Made by a program: the position numbers and the translations under genes
Notes under the pieces: generated by a model
Told to the model about the DNA's origin: nothing
The model's input: the letters and a program-made list of their open reading frames with translations, nothing else
The model's database searches: none
Shown: positions 9,023 through 18,407 of the stretch, piece by piece
Layout: every line of letters starts with the position of its first letter
How positions within the stretch are numbered: the first letter of the stretch is position 1
Assembly: GCA_003345595.1 (NCBI GenBank)
Contig: PRDI01000075.1
Coordinates: 11,276 to 75,275 of the forward strand
Direction: 5' to 3'
From: Candidatus Thorarchaeota archaeon
GTDB lineage: Archaea; Asgardarchaeota; Thorarchaeia; Thorarchaeales; Thorarchaeaceae
Length of the DNA stretch: 64,000 bases

Positions 9023-12000
9023 GTGAGTGATTCCGAGCCTAGTCTGCCAAAACACAGTGTGAGCTATGGAGAGTACTTCTCGTCTATCAAGACAGACGTA
9101 GAACGTATCTACGAGGTCGCTGAACGCGCGAGAGCCAAAGGCTTCGATCCGGTGACTAAGGTCGAGATACCTCCGGCACATGATGTGGCAGCAAGGGTGG
9201 AGGCCACTCTTGATGGCCCCGTTGGAGTAGCCAAAAGAATCCGTGAACTCCAACAGACCTTCTCTAGGGAGGAAGTGGCTTTTGCAGTCGCTAGGGAGAT
9301 AGCGACTGGAGATCTTGGAGGGATCTCAGATCGTGAGAAGGCCGCAGACAAGGCAGTACGTGTCGCATTGGCAGTCATGACGGAGAGTATCACTGCAGCA
9401 CCCTTGGAAGGCATTGCCAAGGTTCGGATACGTGGTTCAGGAGAGGGCGAGTATCTGGCGCTCTATCTTGCTGGCCCGATTCGTGCTGCTGGAGGCACGG
9501 ACGCCGCTATGACCGTGCTTGTCACAGATCAGGTACGGCAAGTATTGCACATTCCAGCATTCAAGACAACTGATGACGAAGTGGAACGAGCAGTTGAGGA
9601 GGTCGAGCTGTACTCCCGTGCGTCACACTTGCAATACCCGGTGTACCCAGACCTGATCAGGTTTGCAGCAGCGAGACTACCCATAATGCTGACTGGTGAG
9701 CCGACTGAAGAGTATGAAGTCTCAGGTGGCCGCGACCTTGACCGTATCGAAACCAATAGGGTCAGGAGTGGTTTTGTTCTCGTCCTAAGTGACGGGGTTG
9801 TCGGCCGGTCTGCGAAGCTTGCAAAGATGGTGAGCAAGGTCAATGTTCCTGGGTGGGAGTGGCTTAGCGAGATTGCTGCCAAGACATCGAAGGCCAAGTC
9901 TCCAGAGGCAGATGAGTCTGCTCTCAAGAAGCTTGCACCGAAACCCGAATACTTGGCCGATGTGATAGGCGGAAGGCCTGTGTTCTCTCACCCATCTCGT
10001 ATTGGTGGTTTCAGGCTCAGGTACGGTCGGTCACGCAACACCGGCCTGGCGGGTGTCGGCATCAGTCCTGCCACGATGTTCCTAGTCGACGAGTTTCTAG
10101 CCCCCGGAACTCACATTCGTACAGAGCGACCGGGCAAGGGGGCAATTGTAGCTCCTGTAGACACTATCGAGGGACCGATAGTCCTGCTCAGAGATGGCTC
10201 AGTGAAACAGGTCAACACTGCTGAGGAAGCTCAAAGGCTCGAAGGAAAAGTGGAACGTATCATCTTTCTGGGCGATATCTTGGTGGCGCTGGGTGAGTTC
10301 CTGGAGAACAATCACCCACTGGTACCCTCCGGATACTGCGAAGAGTGGTGGTCACACGACCTTGACAAGGCTTGCTCTCGTCTGAGTGCAAAGCATGTTG
10401 ACAAGCATCTGTCCGACTCCGGAATCACACACGATGATCTCAAGGCCTTCATCGAGTCTCCACTCTCCAAGATTCCAACACCAACTCAAGCACTACGTCT
10501 TTCAGAGCATTTTCAAGTGCCATTACACCCAAGGTACTTGTACCGATGGGCGGTTCTCAATGCAGCAGAGGTTTCCGAACTGAGGACATGGCTTCTGTCC
10601 AAGTACAAGACAGAACAGACTCCTGAAGGCGAAACTCTTACAGTCCCAAGTGATCCGCACTACAAGGGCCTCCTAGAACGACTTGGCGTTCCTCACATTG
10701 TGAGCCGCGACAAGACGTACATCACTCTTACTGACAGTCCCGAAACTGTCCTTGTGCAGTTGGGCTCTAGAAGCAAGTCGCTCAGTGGTACAGATCCTCT
10801 TCAGATGCTTAACTCTGTCACAAGCGTGCCGCTCAGAGACAAAGCAGGTTTCTTCATAGGAGCAAGAATGGGTCGGCCCGAGAAGGCTGAGGAGCGGAAG
10901 ATGCACCCTCCAGTCCAAGTCCTCTTTCCTGTGGGTCGGACTACCGCAAGTGAGAGGAGATTGGAGAGAGTTGCCAAGACCACACAAGCCGTTTCCATTC
11001 TCTCATCTTTTGATGATCTGACAGACGGACAGTCAAGCTATGCTGAAACATATGGGCCAGACATTGAAATGGTATCACGCGTGTGCCCTGAATGCCAAAC
11101 CCTGACATTCGAGTCACGTTGCCCCAAGTGTCTGGTACACACCGAAGTGAGCCGATGGTGTTCTCAGGACGGTTGCGGTCGTCCAATAGATGCGAACACC
11201 GGGATGTGTCCTCTGAGCCACGACGTGAACATGGTCCGGGCCACAAGAAGGTATGTTGTTGACATTCAGATGCTTCTTGATCGCATAAAGACCGAGATCG
11301 GTGAATCACAGGCCTACAATCCACGAGGCGTGCTTGGATTGACGAATGAGTTCAAGATCCCTGAATACGCTGGGAAGGGTATGCTCCGCGCCAAGCACGA
11401 CGTATACTGCTATCGAGATGGTACTGCGCGGTTTGACTCGACAGACGCTCCCCTGACTCACTTCTTCCCTCGTGAAGTAGGCGTTTCAGTCGAACGTCTA
11501 CGTGACCTGGGCTATCGCACTGATTACAATGGCAGCCCTCTTGTTTCAGACGACCAAATCGTGGAACTCAAGGTGCAAGACCTAGTTGTATCGGAGAACT
11601 GTGCTGAGTATCTGTTCAGAGTAGGATGTTTTGTCGATGACTGCCTTGAGAGAGTATATGGACTGGAGCCGTTCTACAAGTTCGAAACGCAAGATGATGT
11701 CTTGGGGCAGCTCGTCATAGGGCTCGCGCCACACACGTCGGCAGGGATAATCGGTAGGATCATCGGTTTCACCGATGCGAGTGTCTGTTATGCGCATCCA
11801 TACTGGCATGCCGCCAAGAGAAGAAACTGTGATGGCGATGAAGATGCAGTGATGCTAGTCTTGGAAGCTCTTCTCAACTTCTCAAGAGCCTATCTTCCTG
11901 CAGGTAGAGGGGGTTTCATGGATGCGCCACTTGTCCTCTCGGTTATCCTTAACCCCTCTGAGGTAGACGCCGAAGCGCACAACATGGATGTGTGCAGACG

Positions 12001-12571
12001 CTATCCTGCACAATTCTTTGAGATGGCTGCTGAGGCTCGTCACCCCAAGGAAGTCGAACGCCTAGTTGACATTGTGGCATCTAGGTTGAACACAGAGAAC
12101 CAGTATGAGGGATTCGGTTTTACTCATGGGACTTCTTTGATTGATGCAGGTCCGCGTAATACAAGGTACAAGACCTTGGGCAGTATGGAAGAGAAGCTGG
12201 ATGCTCAACTCCGACTGGCTGGCATAATCGATGCAGTAGATGCAAAAGACGTCGCTGAGCGTGTCCTATCGCATCATTTCATTCGTGACATTAGAGGAAA
12301 CCTGAGAGCCTACTCCACTCAGAAGATTCAGTGCATAAGGTGTCACAGAATCTATCGCAGAGTCCCGCTATCTGGAAGGTGTGATTGTGGTTCCAAGCTC
12401 TCGCTGACAGTCAGACGCAAGAACATCTCAAAGTATCTTGCCATAGCTCAGAGAGTGATTGACGAACATGGCCTTGGCCAGTATCTGAAGGATGGGCTAA
12501 GGTTGATCAACTCTGCTATGGACTCCCTCTTTCAGTCTGAGCAGACTTCTCTGACAGACTTTGTAGACTGA
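9023..12571 (+). CDS. polC: DNA polymerase D large subunit DP2
   Basis: AGPIRAAGGT, RLRYGRSRNTG, RMGRPEK, KRRNCDGDED catalytic motif, C-terminal zinc finger and PIP box QTSLTDFV. Confidence 0.97.
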   Translation: MSDSEPSLPKHSVSYGEYFSSIKTDVERIYEVAERARAKGFDPVTKVEIPPAHDVAARVEATLDGPVGVAKRIRELQQTFSREEVAFAVAREIATGDLGGISDREKAADKAVRVALAVMTESITAAPLEGIAKVRIRGSGEGEYLALYLAGPIRAAGGTDAAMTVLVTDQVRQVLHIPAFKTTDDEVERAVEEVELYSRASHLQYPVYPDLIRFAAARLPIMLTGEPTEEYEVSGGRDLDRIETNRVRSGFVLVLSDGVVGRSAKLAKMVSKVNVPGWEWLSEIAAKTSKAKSPEADESALKKLAPKPEYLADVIGGRPVFSHPSRIGGFRLRYGRSRNTGLAGVGISPATMFLVDEFLAPGTHIRTERPGKGAIVAPVDTIEGPIVLLRDGSVKQVNTAEEAQRLEGKVERIIFLGDILVALGEFLENNHPLVPSGYCEEWWSHDLDKACSRLSAKHVDKHLSDSGITHDDLKAFIESPLSKIPTPTQALRLSEHFQVPLHPRYLYRWAVLNAAEVSELRTWLLSKYKTEQTPEGETLTVPSDPHYKGLLERLGVPHIVSRDKTYITLTDSPETVLVQLGSRSKSLSGTDPLQMLNSVTSVPLRDKAGFFIGARMGRPEKAEERKMHPPVQVLFPVGRTTASERRLERVAKTTQAVSILSSFDDLTDGQSSYAETYGPDIEMVSRVCPECQTLTFESRCPKCLVHTEVSRWCSQDGCGRPIDANTGMCPLSHDVNMVRATRRYVVDIQMLLDRIKTEIGESQAYNPRGVLGLTNEFKIPEYAGKGMLRAKHDVYCYRDGTARFDSTDAPLTHFFPREVGVSVERLRDLGYRTDYNGSPLVSDDQIVELKVQDLVVSENCAEYLFRVGCFVDDCLERVYGLEPFYKFETQDDVLGQLVIGLAPHTSAGIIGRIIGFTDASVCYAHPYWHAAKRRNCDGDEDAVMLVLEALLNFSRAYLPAGRGGFMDAPLVLSVILNPSEVDAEAHNMDVCRRYPAQFFEMAAEARHPKEVERLVDIVASRLNTENQYEGFGFTHGTSLIDAGPRNTRYKTLGSMEEKLDAQLRLAGIIDAVDAKDVAERVLSHHFIRDIRGNLRAYSTQKIQCIRCHRIYRRVPLSGRCDCGSKLSLTVRRKNISKYLAIAQRVIDEHGLGQYLKDGLRLINSAMDSLFQSEQTSLTDFVD

Positions 12572-12593
12572 AATCATCCAGTCGCAGAGTCCT

Positions 12594-13475
12594 TTACTCT
12601 CGCTTCTCTGCCCTTGGACTCGGAGCAAGACGTTTGGCAACCAATTTGAGGAGGTCCTGGTCTTCAATCATGCCGACGAGAGCACCTGCGGCAGACAGGA
12701 CGGGTGCCTGATCAATCTCACTCTTCCTTAGCGTCTTCACGCAATCTGAAACAGTGGCGACCTCACTCACACTGATCAGGTTCTTGGTCATCACTTGACT
12801 GACCGGCACGTTTGGAAGCTTCAGGAGTTTCTTGGTCACCAATAGGAAGTCCTTGGAAGTCCAACCCCACTCCACCGAGGATTCGGTCCCACTGTAAGTC
12901 TTGGAGACATTGTCTTCATGCGTTTCTTCTGAGAGGCGGATGTAGTCACTGACAGACATCATCCCTGTCACTCCGCCTATTTCGTTGACAATCACCACAG
13001 CAGTCTTGTGCGCCATCTCCATGATCATGAATGTGAGGGGCAGCGGGGTTTCTTCCCAAATCGCAGTCACACTTCTATTCACATGGTCTGCGATACTCGC
13101 GGACTGGAAATGCTTGTCCTCCTCCAGCACTGCTCCAAGAATATCCGGAACCGACACGATGCCAACCAAGTCCCCGCTTTTCACGACCGGTACTCTTCTG
13201 AAACCCCTATCGAGCATGAGGTCGACGACTTTCCTAGCATCAGTTTCCGGTGTGACTGTGACAGGGTCCCTGACCATCAGCAAGGCCAGCTGATTCTCAT
13301 CTGGTTTCCGAAGCAGGTCGTGCCTCGTAATCATTCCTACTAGGGTCTTTGTACCCTTCTTACAGACCGGAAAACCACTGATCTGAGTTTCAGCCATCAG
13401 CTGTAGCACATCTTCTCTCGTACCCGGCACTGTAACGTACCGAACATCTGATTGCATGAATTCAGATACCTTCAT
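12594..13475 (-). CDS. CBS-domain protein (4 CBS)
   Basis: Tandem CBS repeats (GFPV...LVGMIT, RRVPVV...LVGIVS); likely start MKVSEF. Confidence 0.9.
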   Translation of the reverse strand: MKVSEFMQSDVRYVTVPGTREDVLQLMAETQISGFPVCKKGTKTLVGMITRHDLLRKPDENQLALLMVRDPVTVTPETDARKVVDLMLDRGFRRVPVVKSGDLVGIVSVPDILGAVLEEDKHFQSASIADHVNRSVTAIWEETPLPLTFMIMEMAHKTAVVIVNEIGGVTGMMSVSDYIRLSEETHEDNVSKTYSGTESSVEWGWTSKDFLLVTKKLLKLPNVPVSQVMTKNLISVSEVATVSDCVKTLRKSEIDQAPVLSAAGALVGMIEDQDLLKLVAKRLAPSPRAEKRE

Positions 13476-13670
13476 TGTTGAAGCAACTCCGGTATGGGAT
13501 AGAAGGGCGGCGGATTCTAGCACACATGCCATACAGGCAATTGTGGTGGCATCTGAGCCAGAACAAGACTAAGGTCCTGTCTTACCTTTTATGTCTATCT
13601 TTTGGAGGGCGTAGTGAGCCGATCACTCGCATCATGCTCCTGTGAATGTTGTGGCTGGTTGCTACTCATG

Positions 13671-14231
13671 CTACCAAGGATGGTCCTTGAGGCCCAGAAG
13701 GTAGCCAAGAGCGTTACTCAGCCAGTGCACGAAGAGAGTTGTCAGTATCAGAACAATAGCATATTGTGAAGCCGGATGCAGAAATGGCGACGCTATAATC
13801 AGGGCCACGATTATGAAGCCCAGCTGGTCGAGTATGGGTGACGGGTCTCCGCTCCTTATGCCTGCTCGTCTCTTGGAGAATGATCCGAGGAGATCACCAG
13901 TCAGTGCTCCCAAGGATAGCAGGAATGCGGAAGGCAGCGTCATGAACAGGACAACTTCCATATCTGGTGTTACTGTAACAAACATGCTGAGCAAAGGGCG
14001 CAAGTATGGGGCAACAATGGTCTGAGCCGCACCCACCAGAGTGCCACAGATGACACCTAGTACAAATCCTCTGATCGTCTTGCTGTTACCAAAGAGTCTG
14101 TGTCCATCTCGTAGGACAAGTCCCCTGTCTATTGGGGCACCTCCACCAAGGATGACAGGTGTGGAGTTCGCTACCCATGCAGGTAGGCCCAACCATACAG
14201 CGAGTTCGAGAAGAGCCAGTGCTTCATACAT
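13671..14231 (-). CDS. carS: CDP-archaeol synthase
   Basis: PAWVANSTPV, PIDRG, GNSKTIRG, GDLLGSFSKRR, LDQLGF, LGLKDHPW. Confidence 0.93.
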   Translation of the reverse strand: MYEALALLELAVWLGLPAWVANSTPVILGGGAPIDRGLVLRDGHRLFGNSKTIRGFVLGVICGTLVGAAQTIVAPYLRPLLSMFVTVTPDMEVVLFMTLPSAFLLSLGALTGDLLGSFSKRRAGIRSGDPSPILDQLGFIIVALIIASPFLHPASQYAIVLILTTLFVHWLSNALGYLLGLKDHPW

Positions 14232-14973
14232 CTGGGGTGCTTCCTTGCTGAGTCCTCTCCTCAGACCATTTACCTGTTTCTGCTGGCTCAGGAGTTGAAG
14301 ACAAGCCTCTCCGAGTAAGATACAGCACAGCGGTCTTCCTATCACCTTCAGGTCTCGTTCTTTCGATAAATCTCTGTGCCCGAGATTGTCCTATACGCAT
14401 CTGCATTACATAGTCCGCCCAATAGTCCAAGATGTTTTTGGCAACAGGCTCAAAGGCGCTGTAGTCACCCGGCACGCCTCGTACTTGGTTGAGAACCAAG
14501 ACCGCCATGTCACCCAGTCTTGCAAGCCCCTTCAAGAAGCCTGTCTGCCTGTTCAATTCTCGATGGGCGACATAGTTTGTGGCCTTGTCCTCTAGCACAC
14601 TCCTATACAATCGAGTGAGAGTATCAACCACCACGAGTCTAGTTCCCTCTCTCGCATAGAGCTCAAGATCATCTATTATTGCGCCCTGTTCATCAAAGCT
14701 CTTTGGTATGAGAATTCTGACCATGTCCTCAATCTGGCTGAACCTCTTGTCAATAATCTGCTCAAGTCTCTCTATTGGCGAAGAACTCTCTGAGTTGACA
14801 TACACAGTCCGGACGCCAATCCTACAAGCGGAGTTCACAAACTGAAGGCCTAGGGTGGTCTTGCCAGAAGCGGCCTCACCGTACACATGTGTAATTGTTC
14901 CTGTGTGCAGGCCGCCGTCTAGGACTCGGTCCAAGGGCAAAATGCCTGACGGAACAGTAAGTCCGCGTTTCAC
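14224..14973 (-). CDS. radB: DNA repair protein RadB-like
   Basis: LDRVLDGG, GEAASGKT, VVVDTLTRLYR, LNQV; no RadA N-terminal domain. Confidence 0.85.
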   Translation of the reverse strand: MKRGLTVPSGILPLDRVLDGGLHTGTITHVYGEAASGKTTLGLQFVNSACRIGVRTVYVNSESSSPIERLEQIIDKRFSQIEDMVRILIPKSFDEQGAIIDDLELYAREGTRLVVVDTLTRLYRSVLEDKATNYVAHRELNRQTGFLKGLARLGDMAVLVLNQVRGVPGDYSAFEPVAKNILDYWADYVMQMRIGQSRAQRFIERTRPEGDRKTAVLYLTRRGLSSTPEPAETGKWSEERTQQGSTPDV

Positions 14974-15027
14974 TACTCTTGTTTCGTACCAGATGAGTCA
15001 TAAGCATAACGGGCGACTGACTGACCA

Positions 15028-15798
15028 ATGGCGCAGAATGAGATTGCCATCGCTACTCGTGACCCAAAGGCCCTCTATCACGCTGTGAAGATACTCAAGG
15101 GGCTGAAGATTGGCTTCACAATATGCGCCCCTAACGACTTTGAGTGTGATATTGCAAAGGTCGTCATAACGACTGAGGCTGAGGAACCACAGAACCAGGA
15201 TACACGAACCGTTTTAGTCGGGACTGATCCGGATCCAGATTCAGTTGCGATTGACATCATGGTCCGGCTCCTCGAGATTCATAACCCTGCATGTATCATC
15301 ATCGGCATCGATCCTGGTATGCGAAACGGACTGGCGTTAGTGATTGACGGGAAGTCTGTGCACACGAGGAACTCATCTTCACCAATTGACGCTGTTCAAC
15401 GCACTCTGAGCTGGATTGACCATGTCAGGCAGCTGTACCACGACAGTGTGATCATAGTCCGGGTCGGAACTGGCTCTCCTCTTTATTCTGCTCTCTATCT
15501 ACGTGGAATCCTCGGCAGAGGCAATGTGTCCGCGGTGGAACTCGTGAATGAACACCATACGACGCTCGCTGGTTCGCTACATTCCGACCAATCTTCTGCG
15601 TCTATGATTGCAGCTCGTCACGGACGTGCTCCCAGTGAGTCAGATGTCACAATTGAGCCAAAGGATGGTCACGTTAGGTCCTTGAAACGGCTTGTCGCTC
15701 GAATCACTGATGGCAGACGGTCTTTGACAACGGAAGAGGCGCAGTCAATCCTAGTTGGGACATCATCACTCGAGAGCATCATAAACGGAGTCGCCTAG
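15028..15798 (+). CDS. Conserved archaeal protein with RNase H-like (GIDPG) domain
   Basis: IIGIDPG...GLAL, VRVGTG, VNEHHTT, D..SA..IA motifs. Confidence 0.65.
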   Translation: MAQNEIAIATRDPKALYHAVKILKGLKIGFTICAPNDFECDIAKVVITTEAEEPQNQDTRTVLVGTDPDPDSVAIDIMVRLLEIHNPACIIIGIDPGMRNGLALVIDGKSVHTRNSSSPIDAVQRTLSWIDHVRQLYHDSVIIVRVGTGSPLYSALYLRGILGRGNVSAVELVNEHHTTLAGSLHSDQSSASMIAARHGRAPSESDVTIEPKDGHVRSLKRLVARITDGRRSLTTEEAQSILVGTSSLESIINGVA

Positions 15799-17723
15799 TT
15801 TGAGAAGAAGGCTGCCACCTGCTCTGCTACCGCAGAGGGGTCGTCCGGCATTGTTCTTGTCACTTTGTCCAACCATGACGGCATGAATCTGCGAAGGTAG
15901 CGTGTCGCAAAGCGCTTGTCCAAAAAGACAATCACTCCTCGGTCAGATGGTCTTCGAACAGGTCTGCCGGCCGCTTGAATGGCCCTTGTCATTGAGGGCA
16001 GGACGTAAGCGTATTGTCTTCCTCTGCCGTTGAAGCGTCTGTCAAAGTACTCTATTAGTGCTTCAGTGCGGGGTGTCGGTTTTGCATAGGGTACTCCAAC
16101 AACTACAACGCTCTCCATGGCCGGGCCGGGGAAATCGCCCCCTTCAGAGTTGCGACCACCCTGTACACCGAGAAGCACAGCTCCCCCTTTGTCACCTCTG
16201 CTCTTGAAATCCTCAATCATTATGTCGTTCTCACTTGTCTTCATTCCCTGCCTCTCAACAAACAGTCTTCTATTCAGCTTCTTCTCAAGACCTGCCTTGA
16301 GCAGTGACTCGGCGATGGAGTAGCTCGATGCAAAAACCCCCGTGTTGCCGGGTGTAGCATTCACAACCGCTACACAATGCTCTACCATGTGTTGAAACAG
16401 TGTTTCATTTCTGCCTTCATAGGAAGTGTCCAGTCCCTCGACAATGATTCCGAGCCTGCTCTCAGCTCCAAAGGGACTTTGAAAGGCGACTTTCACAGTT
16501 TCGGGTCCAAGACCAAGCATGTCGGTATACGCATCAAGAGGTGACAACGTGCCTGAAACTGCAACGGAGCTGTGAACAAGCTTCAAGATAGGACTGGTGA
16601 CACTGGTTGGGTCAAGAGCCAAGAGGTCGAGTGAAACCTTCCTGCTATCCCCCGTGCCCCGCTCAGATGCGATTATGAATGCATAGTCGTCACGTTCAGC
16701 GCATCGCAGCCATTTGCCGAGGAACTCTGCCACTCGGTGAATTGCTGAACGCGGGAGCTTCCCTGCTCTCAGCAACCCCTTCTTGATCTTCAATCCGGTT
16801 TCAGCCATATGGGAGACGATTTGAGTTTCACCAGCCAGCTCCGACGCCTTCACAGCGGCATTGTAGATGTCTGTAGGTTTGATAGTTCTCTCTTCGTTCT
16901 CTTCCATCCCGCTCGATATCTCAAGGATCACCTTTGCCAGCCCACGACAGAAGACTCTTGAAACAGGGTCGCTGTACGTTTCGGCCTCCTTCATTGCCTG
17001 TCTTACTGTACCCACTGGAAGTGAGTCACTTGCTGAGTCGAGTGCCGTGAAAGGGACGTTGTGTGCTTCGTCTTCAATCAAGACAACTTTCGACATCGGC
17101 ACCCCAAGATCAGGCATGAATGATTCGAATATGAACGGATCAAAGACGTAGAGATATGACAGGGCCACGACATCGGCGCCCCTTGCAAGTGACTTCGCCA
17201 TTTCGTATGGGCAGACTGACCATCCCTTTGCTATCCCAACCACATCGGATGCAGTGAGAATCCTTTTTGGCATGTCCTCGAATGGGTCGTCTGATGCGAT
17301 CAGTTTCTTCATGTGTTCGTGATACGCGCATTTTCCAGTCGCTTTGAGCTGTCCACAGACCTCACTCAAGGGTGCTACGAAGTCTGCATTCTCAAGCACA
17401 AACTGGTTCAGGCACATGTGCTGTCGTCCTCTGAAGGAGATGCCAGTCACATCATGGCGACCAGATATTGCATCCAGCTCCTCCATCACCCGGTCCAGTT
17501 GCCTGTGTGTACGGGCACAGTATAGCATTTTGGCCTTGTTCTCTTTGACCCAAGGCAGAACGCTACACAGTGTCACACATGTCTTTCCGAATCCATTGGG
17601 TGCTTCGCAGCATATGTTCTTTCCCGCTCTGACAGAGCTCTCTATCACCTGCATCATCTCCTCCTGCCCTTTCCGCTTCTCTGGGTATGGAAAGAAACTC
17701 ATGTAGGAGAGGATGTCGCTCAT
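15795..17723 (-). CDS. xpd: XPD/Rad3-family Fe-S DNA helicase
   Basis: FPYP, APNGFGKT, RTHRQL, Fe-S cysteines, DEAHN, SGTL, SEGGDF, QAAGRPVR. Confidence 0.93.
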   Translation of the reverse strand: MSDILSYMSFFPYPEKRKGQEEMMQVIESSVRAGKNICCEAPNGFGKTCVTLCSVLPWVKENKAKMLYCARTHRQLDRVMEELDAISGRHDVTGISFRGRQHMCLNQFVLENADFVAPLSEVCGQLKATGKCAYHEHMKKLIASDDPFEDMPKRILTASDVVGIAKGWSVCPYEMAKSLARGADVVALSYLYVFDPFIFESFMPDLGVPMSKVVLIEDEAHNVPFTALDSASDSLPVGTVRQAMKEAETYSDPVSRVFCRGLAKVILEISSGMEENEERTIKPTDIYNAAVKASELAGETQIVSHMAETGLKIKKGLLRAGKLPRSAIHRVAEFLGKWLRCAERDDYAFIIASERGTGDSRKVSLDLLALDPTSVTSPILKLVHSSVAVSGTLSPLDAYTDMLGLGPETVKVAFQSPFGAESRLGIIVEGLDTSYEGRNETLFQHMVEHCVAVVNATPGNTGVFASSYSIAESLLKAGLEKKLNRRLFVERQGMKTSENDIMIEDFKSRGDKGGAVLLGVQGGRNSEGGDFPGPAMESVVVVGVPYAKPTPRTEALIEYFDRRFNGRGRQYAYVLPSMTRAIQAAGRPVRRPSDRGVIVFLDKRFATRYLRRFMPSWLDKVTRTMPDDPSAVAEQVAAFFSN

Positions 17724-17863
17724 GGGAGTCGGTTTTCAGTGATTGGTTGACGACTGATAATGATGTTGTTTGCTATTGCCAAAAGCCCGGTTGAGGTATT
17801 GTATCGTGGGCCATTCGGCATTGATTTATCGTCGACCTGTTGTCCATCTAGCCGGGGCTACGA

Positions 17864-18208
17864 ATGGAATCAGGCGAGATTCAGGACTTTGAAAGCGAAA
17901 CAGAACGTGCTCGGCTGAAAGTGCGAGTCATGCATCTTGAAAACGGGCTCTTGATTCTAATCTCAGATTCAGAGCGGTTTCGCTTGGGCCTCTCGGCTGT
18001 AGCAGTCCCAGGTGGATCTGGTAGACCGGAGCCCAGTTCCACAGGGTTCCTGTCTGTCGGAGAGGAGGCTGTACAAGTGCGCATTCTGGCCGAAACTGTT
18101 GCGAAACGTACAGGCCAGATGTGCATGGTGGTAGTCGCTGTCAAAGAGCTAAGCCGTGCCTTCCTGATGGACATCACTAGGACTCTGAGGGAACATGTCC
18201 CGAAGTGA
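17864..18208 (+). CDS. Proteasome assembly chaperone 4 (PAC4/PSMG4)-like protein
   Basis: LGLSAVAVP...SSTGFL...ILAETVAKRTGQMCMV pattern resembles PAC3/PAC4 family. Confidence 0.6.
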   Translation: MESGEIQDFESETERARLKVRVMHLENGLLILISDSERFRLGLSAVAVPGGSGRPEPSSTGFLSVGEEAVQVRILAETVAKRTGQMCMVVVAVKELSRAFLMDITRTLREHVPK

Positions 18209-18407
18209 CGTAGTCAATCACTTCCTGAACCCACGGTCCGAGTCCCTCGACGTGGCGTAGTGCGGCAAGATAGTCCATCCAGCCAATCTCCAGCGCTCTC
18301 TTCCATCTGTCAAATGCGATGTGTAGTCTGTCAAGGGCCTCTCGGTGAAATCTGCATAGCTCGCTGTTGTCTACCGATTCACGGCCGCAGAGTGGGCAGT
18401 CTGTCAG
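18177..18407 (-). CDS. 76-aa zinc-binding (CxxC...CxxH) protein downstream of topA, CTG start
   Basis: Hand-translated (M)TDCPLCGRESVDNSELCRFHREALDRLHIAFDRWKRALEIGWMDYL...GPWVQEVIDYV; perfect GGAGGTGA SD 6 nt upstream; CTGA overlap with the topA stop; absent from the ORF track. Confidence 0.8.
   Translation of the reverse strand: MTDCPLCGRESVDNSELCRFHREALDRLHIAFDRWKRALEIGWMDYLAALRHVEGLGPWVQEVIDYVTSGHVPSES

Noticed and set aside
8334-9026. 230-aa ORF antisense to rpa, and similar long shadow ORFs (22278, 36010, 48946, 52057, 63141)
   Set aside because: They lie opposite well-supported genes, are mostly Ser/Thr-rich and show no motifs
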